Shown here: piece after piece, positions 60,732 through 64,000 of the stretch
How positions within the stretch are numbered: the first letter of the stretch is position 1
Layout: each line of letters starts with the position of its first letter
DNA from: Terriglobia bacterium
GTDB taxonomy: Bacteria; Acidobacteriota; Polarisedimenticolia; Polarisedimenticolales; JAIQFR01
Assembly: GCA_963748015.1 (NCBI GenBank)
Contig: CAVVHE010000004.1
Location: 1,984,001 to 2,048,000, forward strand
Length of the DNA stretch: 64,000 bases
Direction of reading: 5' to 3'
Translations under genes and position numbers: made by a program
The notes under the pieces: generated by a model
Seen by the model: only the letters and a program-made list of their open reading frames with translations
What the model was told of the DNA's origin: nothing
Databases searched by the model: none

Positions 60732-62823
60732 GTGATCGGTCCTGAACCGTCGTTCCGCCGATTCGGAGCGTGGATGCTCCCGTTGATCCTCGTCCTCGCG
60801 GCCCCGGCGGCCGTTCGAGCGGACGAGGGGATGTGGACGCTGGACAATCCCCCCACCAAGCTCCTGAAGGAGCGCTACGGATTCGAGCCGACGAAGGAGT
60901 GGCTCGACCACGTGCGGCTCGCCTCGGTGCGCTTCAGCGACGGAGGCTCCGGCTCGTTCGTCAGCCGCGACGGGCTCGTGCTCACGAACCACCACGTGGC
61001 CAGCGACCAGCTCCAGAAGGTCTCGACGGCGGAGAAGGACTACCTGACGGACGGCTTCCTGGCGCGGACTCGCGCCGACGAGATGAAGTGCGCCGATCTC
61101 GAGCTGAACGTCCTCGTGTCCATGGAGGAGGTGACCGCGAAGGTCGCTGCGGCGATCAAGCCCGGCACGACCGACAAGCAGGCCAACGACGCGCGGAAAG
61201 CGGCGATCGCGAAGATCGAGAAGGAGAGCCTCGACGCGACGAAGCTCCGCTCCGACGTGGTCACGCTCTACGACGGGCGGCGAGTACTGGCTCTACCGGT
61301 ACAAGAAGTACACCGACATCCGTCTCGTGTTCGCGCCGGAGCGGCAGATCGCCTTCTACGGCGGCGATCCGGACAACTTCACCTTCCCCCGGCACGACCT
61401 CGACATGGCGCTGTTCCGCGTTTACGAGGACGGCAAGGCGATCGCGAGCCCGGCCCGCCTGAAGTGGAACCTGAAGGGGGCGGCCGACGGCGAGCTCGTC
61501 TTCATCTCCGGCCACCCCGGCTCGACCGACCGCCTGCGTACCCTCGCGCAGCTCGAGCTCCTGCGGGACTACCAGTACCCCGCGCAGCTCGAGATCCTGC
61601 GGAGGTACCTCGACGTGGCCCGCCGGCACTCGACCCGCGGGAAGGAGCAGGCGCGCGAGGCCGAGAACCTGATCTTCGGCGTCGAGAACGCGCTGAAGGC
61701 CGAGACGGGCGAGTACGACGGGCTGAAGGACGCGAAGCTGCTCGCGAAGAAGGCGCGCGAGGAACAGGAATTCCGGAAGCTCGTCGCGGCCGACCCCGAG
61801 CGGCAGAAGGCCTACGGCGAGGCGTGGGACGCGATCGCCGGCGCGGAGAAGAAACTCGCCGAGAAGTTCGCGCAGCAGACCTATCGAACCTACTTCGGCT
61901 ACCAGCTTGCAGGCTTCGCGAACTCGATCGTCCGTTACGTCGTCGAGGTAAAGAAACCGGACGGCGACCGCCTCGAGGAGTTCCACGAGGCCGGCCTCGA
62001 ATCGCTCCGCTTCCAGCTGCTGTCCCCCGCCCCCGTCTACCCGGGCCTCGAGGAGGCGCTCGTCGCCAACAGTCTCCGCCTCTCGCTCGAGAAGCTCGGC
62101 CCCGAAGACCCGTACGTGAAGGCCGCCCTCGGCGGGAAGACGCCGGAGCAGGTCGCGAAGGAGGTCATCGGGGGCACCAAGCTCGGCGACGCCGGCGAGC
62201 GCAAGAAACTCCTCGAGGGGGGCGAGGCCGCGGTCGCGGCGTCCGCCGATCCGCTCGTCGTCTTCGCCCGCCGCCTCGACCCGGTCCGGCGCGAGACGCG
62301 CAAGTGGTACGAGGACAACATCCAGAGCGTCGAGCGCGCGGCGGGAGAGAAGATCGGGAAGGCCCGCTTCGCCGCCTACGGGAAGTCGGCCTACCCCGAC
62401 GCGACCTTCACGCTCCGTCTCGCCTACGGCACGGTCAAGGGCTACCCGATGAACGGGACGGAGGCGCCCTCCAAGACGACGTTCTACGGGCTCTACGATC
62501 GGGCCACGAGCTTCGATTTCAAGGCGCCGTTCGACCTGCCGGCGCGCTTCGTCGAGGGGAAGGGCGAGCTCGACCTCTCGACGCCCCTCAACTTCGTCTC
62601 GACCGGCGACATCATCGGCGGCAACTCCGGCTCGCCCGTGGTCAACCGGGCCGGCGAGCTCGTGGGGCTGATCTTCGACGGCAACATCGAGAGCCTGGTC
62701 GGGCGATTCGTCTACGACGACACCGCCAATCGCGCCGTGGCCGTGCACACGGCCGCCATGGCCGAAGCCTTGAAGAAGCTCTACGACGCCGATTTCATCG
62801 TCAAGGAGCTGCTCGCGCCGTAG
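60732..62823 (+). CDS. S46-family dipeptidyl peptidase (DPP7/DPP11-like), +1 frameshift at ~61275
   Basis: 'ADEGMW', 'GSFVS.DGLVLTNHH', 'DIIGGNSGSPV', 'FDGN'. Confidence 0.92.
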
Positions 62824-62947
62824 GGCGCGCGGTTCGAATGCCGCATCTCCGCGTTTTGGGGGGGTGGAAACCGCCGGAAAGGCGGGTAAGAACTATTTAG
62901 AGGAATCGGAGTATAATTATTGCGGAGTGATTCCAAGGAGGGGTGCC

Positions 62948-63610
62948 ATGTCGAAGGCCTTCCGTAACGTGTCCATCGTTCTCGCCCTCACCTTCCTGGT
63001 CGTGGCGGCCACCCTGCCGGCGCAGGCGGAAGAGACGCCGACCAGCGATTTCCAGGGCCCCAAGCTCCTTCCCAGCATCAAGGCGGAATTCCAGCTGCCG
63101 ACCCGTGCCCGCCATGCGGTCGGCGACTCTCTCCTCGTGTTCCAGGCCATCGTGCTGAAGGACGGCTCGGTGGGCTACGTCGAGCTGCTCAACGACGACC
63201 GGCCGTACCCGGGCGTCGAGCAGGCCGCGCGCGATTCGTTCCGCAAGTGGAAGTATGAGCCGGGCAAGATGGCCGGCCTGCCGGTGGACGCGGGCGTGAC
63301 GATCTCGGTGATGTTCCGCGGCATGTCCGCAGCCACGATGACCCGTCCGGCCGACAACTGGTCGTTCCGGGACATGAACACCGGAAAGGACCTTCCCGGC
63401 CTGCTGGACACCGCGGTCTTCAACGGACGGCGGGGCGGCCGTTACCAGCCCGCCAACGGCGAGTTCCCCGGCGGCGACATGAAGCACGGCACCGGCTGCG
63501 ACTTCAAGGCCGGCCCGCGCTGCGCCTACCTGATCCCGGGCGGCCCGTTCTACAACGTCGACATGCCGCTCGCCGATTCGGGTCTCAACCCCGGCGTCGG
63601 CGGCAAGTAG
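62948..63610 (+). CDS. Secreted protein with TonB C-terminal-like domain
   Basis: Signal peptide; 'IVLKDGSV...EQAARDSFRKWKYEPG...PV'; TATAAT at 62912-62917; SD AAGGAGG. Confidence 0.7.
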   Translation: MSKAFRNVSIVLALTFLVVAATLPAQAEETPTSDFQGPKLLPSIKAEFQLPTRARHAVGDSLLVFQAIVLKDGSVGYVELLNDDRPYPGVEQAARDSFRKWKYEPGKMAGLPVDAGVTISVMFRGMSAATMTRPADNWSFRDMNTGKDLPGLLDTAVFNGRRGGRYQPANGEFPGGDMKHGTGCDFKAGPRCAYLIPGGPFYNVDMPLADSGLNPGVGGK

Positions 63611-63631
63611 GTCTTCCTCCTCCCGCCCGGG

Positions 63632-64000
63632 CTATTCCGGCCGCCAGGCCGGGATACGCCCGGGTGTCCAGGGAGCACCCGCCGCCTCCGCCTCCTCCTC
63701 CAGCTTCCGTAGGTCCTGGCCCACCAGGGTCCTGAGCCGCTCCAGGACGTTCCCGAACCTTCCCGCCACGATGTCGTAGGCCTGCCGCTGCGTTCCCGTC
63801 GGGGCGGAGGTCGTCGTCCACTGACCATACACGATCCCCTGCACCCGGCCGACGAGCGAGGGGGGCGTGGGCTCGTTGCGCGACGCGATCGTGTCGTCCC
63901 CGTTCAGCTGGACCGAGAGGTCCTTGAGCCGGGTCTCGAGGGCCAGCGCCTGCTCCCGCAGCCGCGGGTCCGCTTTCGGAGCGTCCAGGAGGGCCTTCTT
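63632..64000 (-). CDS. C-terminal end of a large protein, probably a BNR/VPS10-repeat glycosyl hydrolase-like protein
   Basis: Frame open to window edge; helical tail ending 'APTGTQRQAY...AAGAPWTPGR', which I associate with that family. Confidence 0.6.
   Translation of the reverse strand, partial: KKALLDAPKADPRLREQALALETRLKDLSVQLNGDDTIASRNEPTPPSLVGRVQGIVYGQWTTTSAPTGTQRQAYDIVAGRFGNVLERLRTLVGQDLRKLEEEAEAAGAPWTPGRIPAWRPE

Overview
GC-rich bacterial chromosomal segment from a diderm. Acidobacteriota-like gene content (Oar-type TonB-dependent receptors, Ig+VWFA protein, several MacB-like permeases) suggests the lineage, but this is inference. In order: an ftsH-folP-cdaA-cdaR-glmM cluster with a coupled DUF429-like gene; two tandem paralogous TonB-dependent receptors; a CreD-like gene; ahcY; a divergent MacAB-like exporter locus (four membrane-fusion proteins, three permeases, one ATPase) followed by TPR and VWFA genes; an ECF sigma/anti-sigma/ABC operon; a MATE pump; two small lipoproteins and a repeat protein; tRNA-Val; an orphan peptide-binding protein; a GH29+GH3 pair; and tRNA-Asp. 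tRNA-Asp is followed by the most unusual feature: an integrase-less tandem array of att-like units. It has three copies of the tRNA 3' end, two preceded by the same conserved ~100-125 bp element with a GTACGCA direct repeat. The units carry an M48 protease, a decayed MNT-HEPN pair and a hydrolase. After the array come a Doc/RHH toxin-antitoxin pair, an RluA-family gene, a vasohibin-like protein, a hybrid kinase, a cysteine synthase-family gene, an S46 peptidase and a TonB-C protein. Five +1 frameshifts share one signature and are probably consensus errors. All assignments come from motif recognition by eye; no searches were run.
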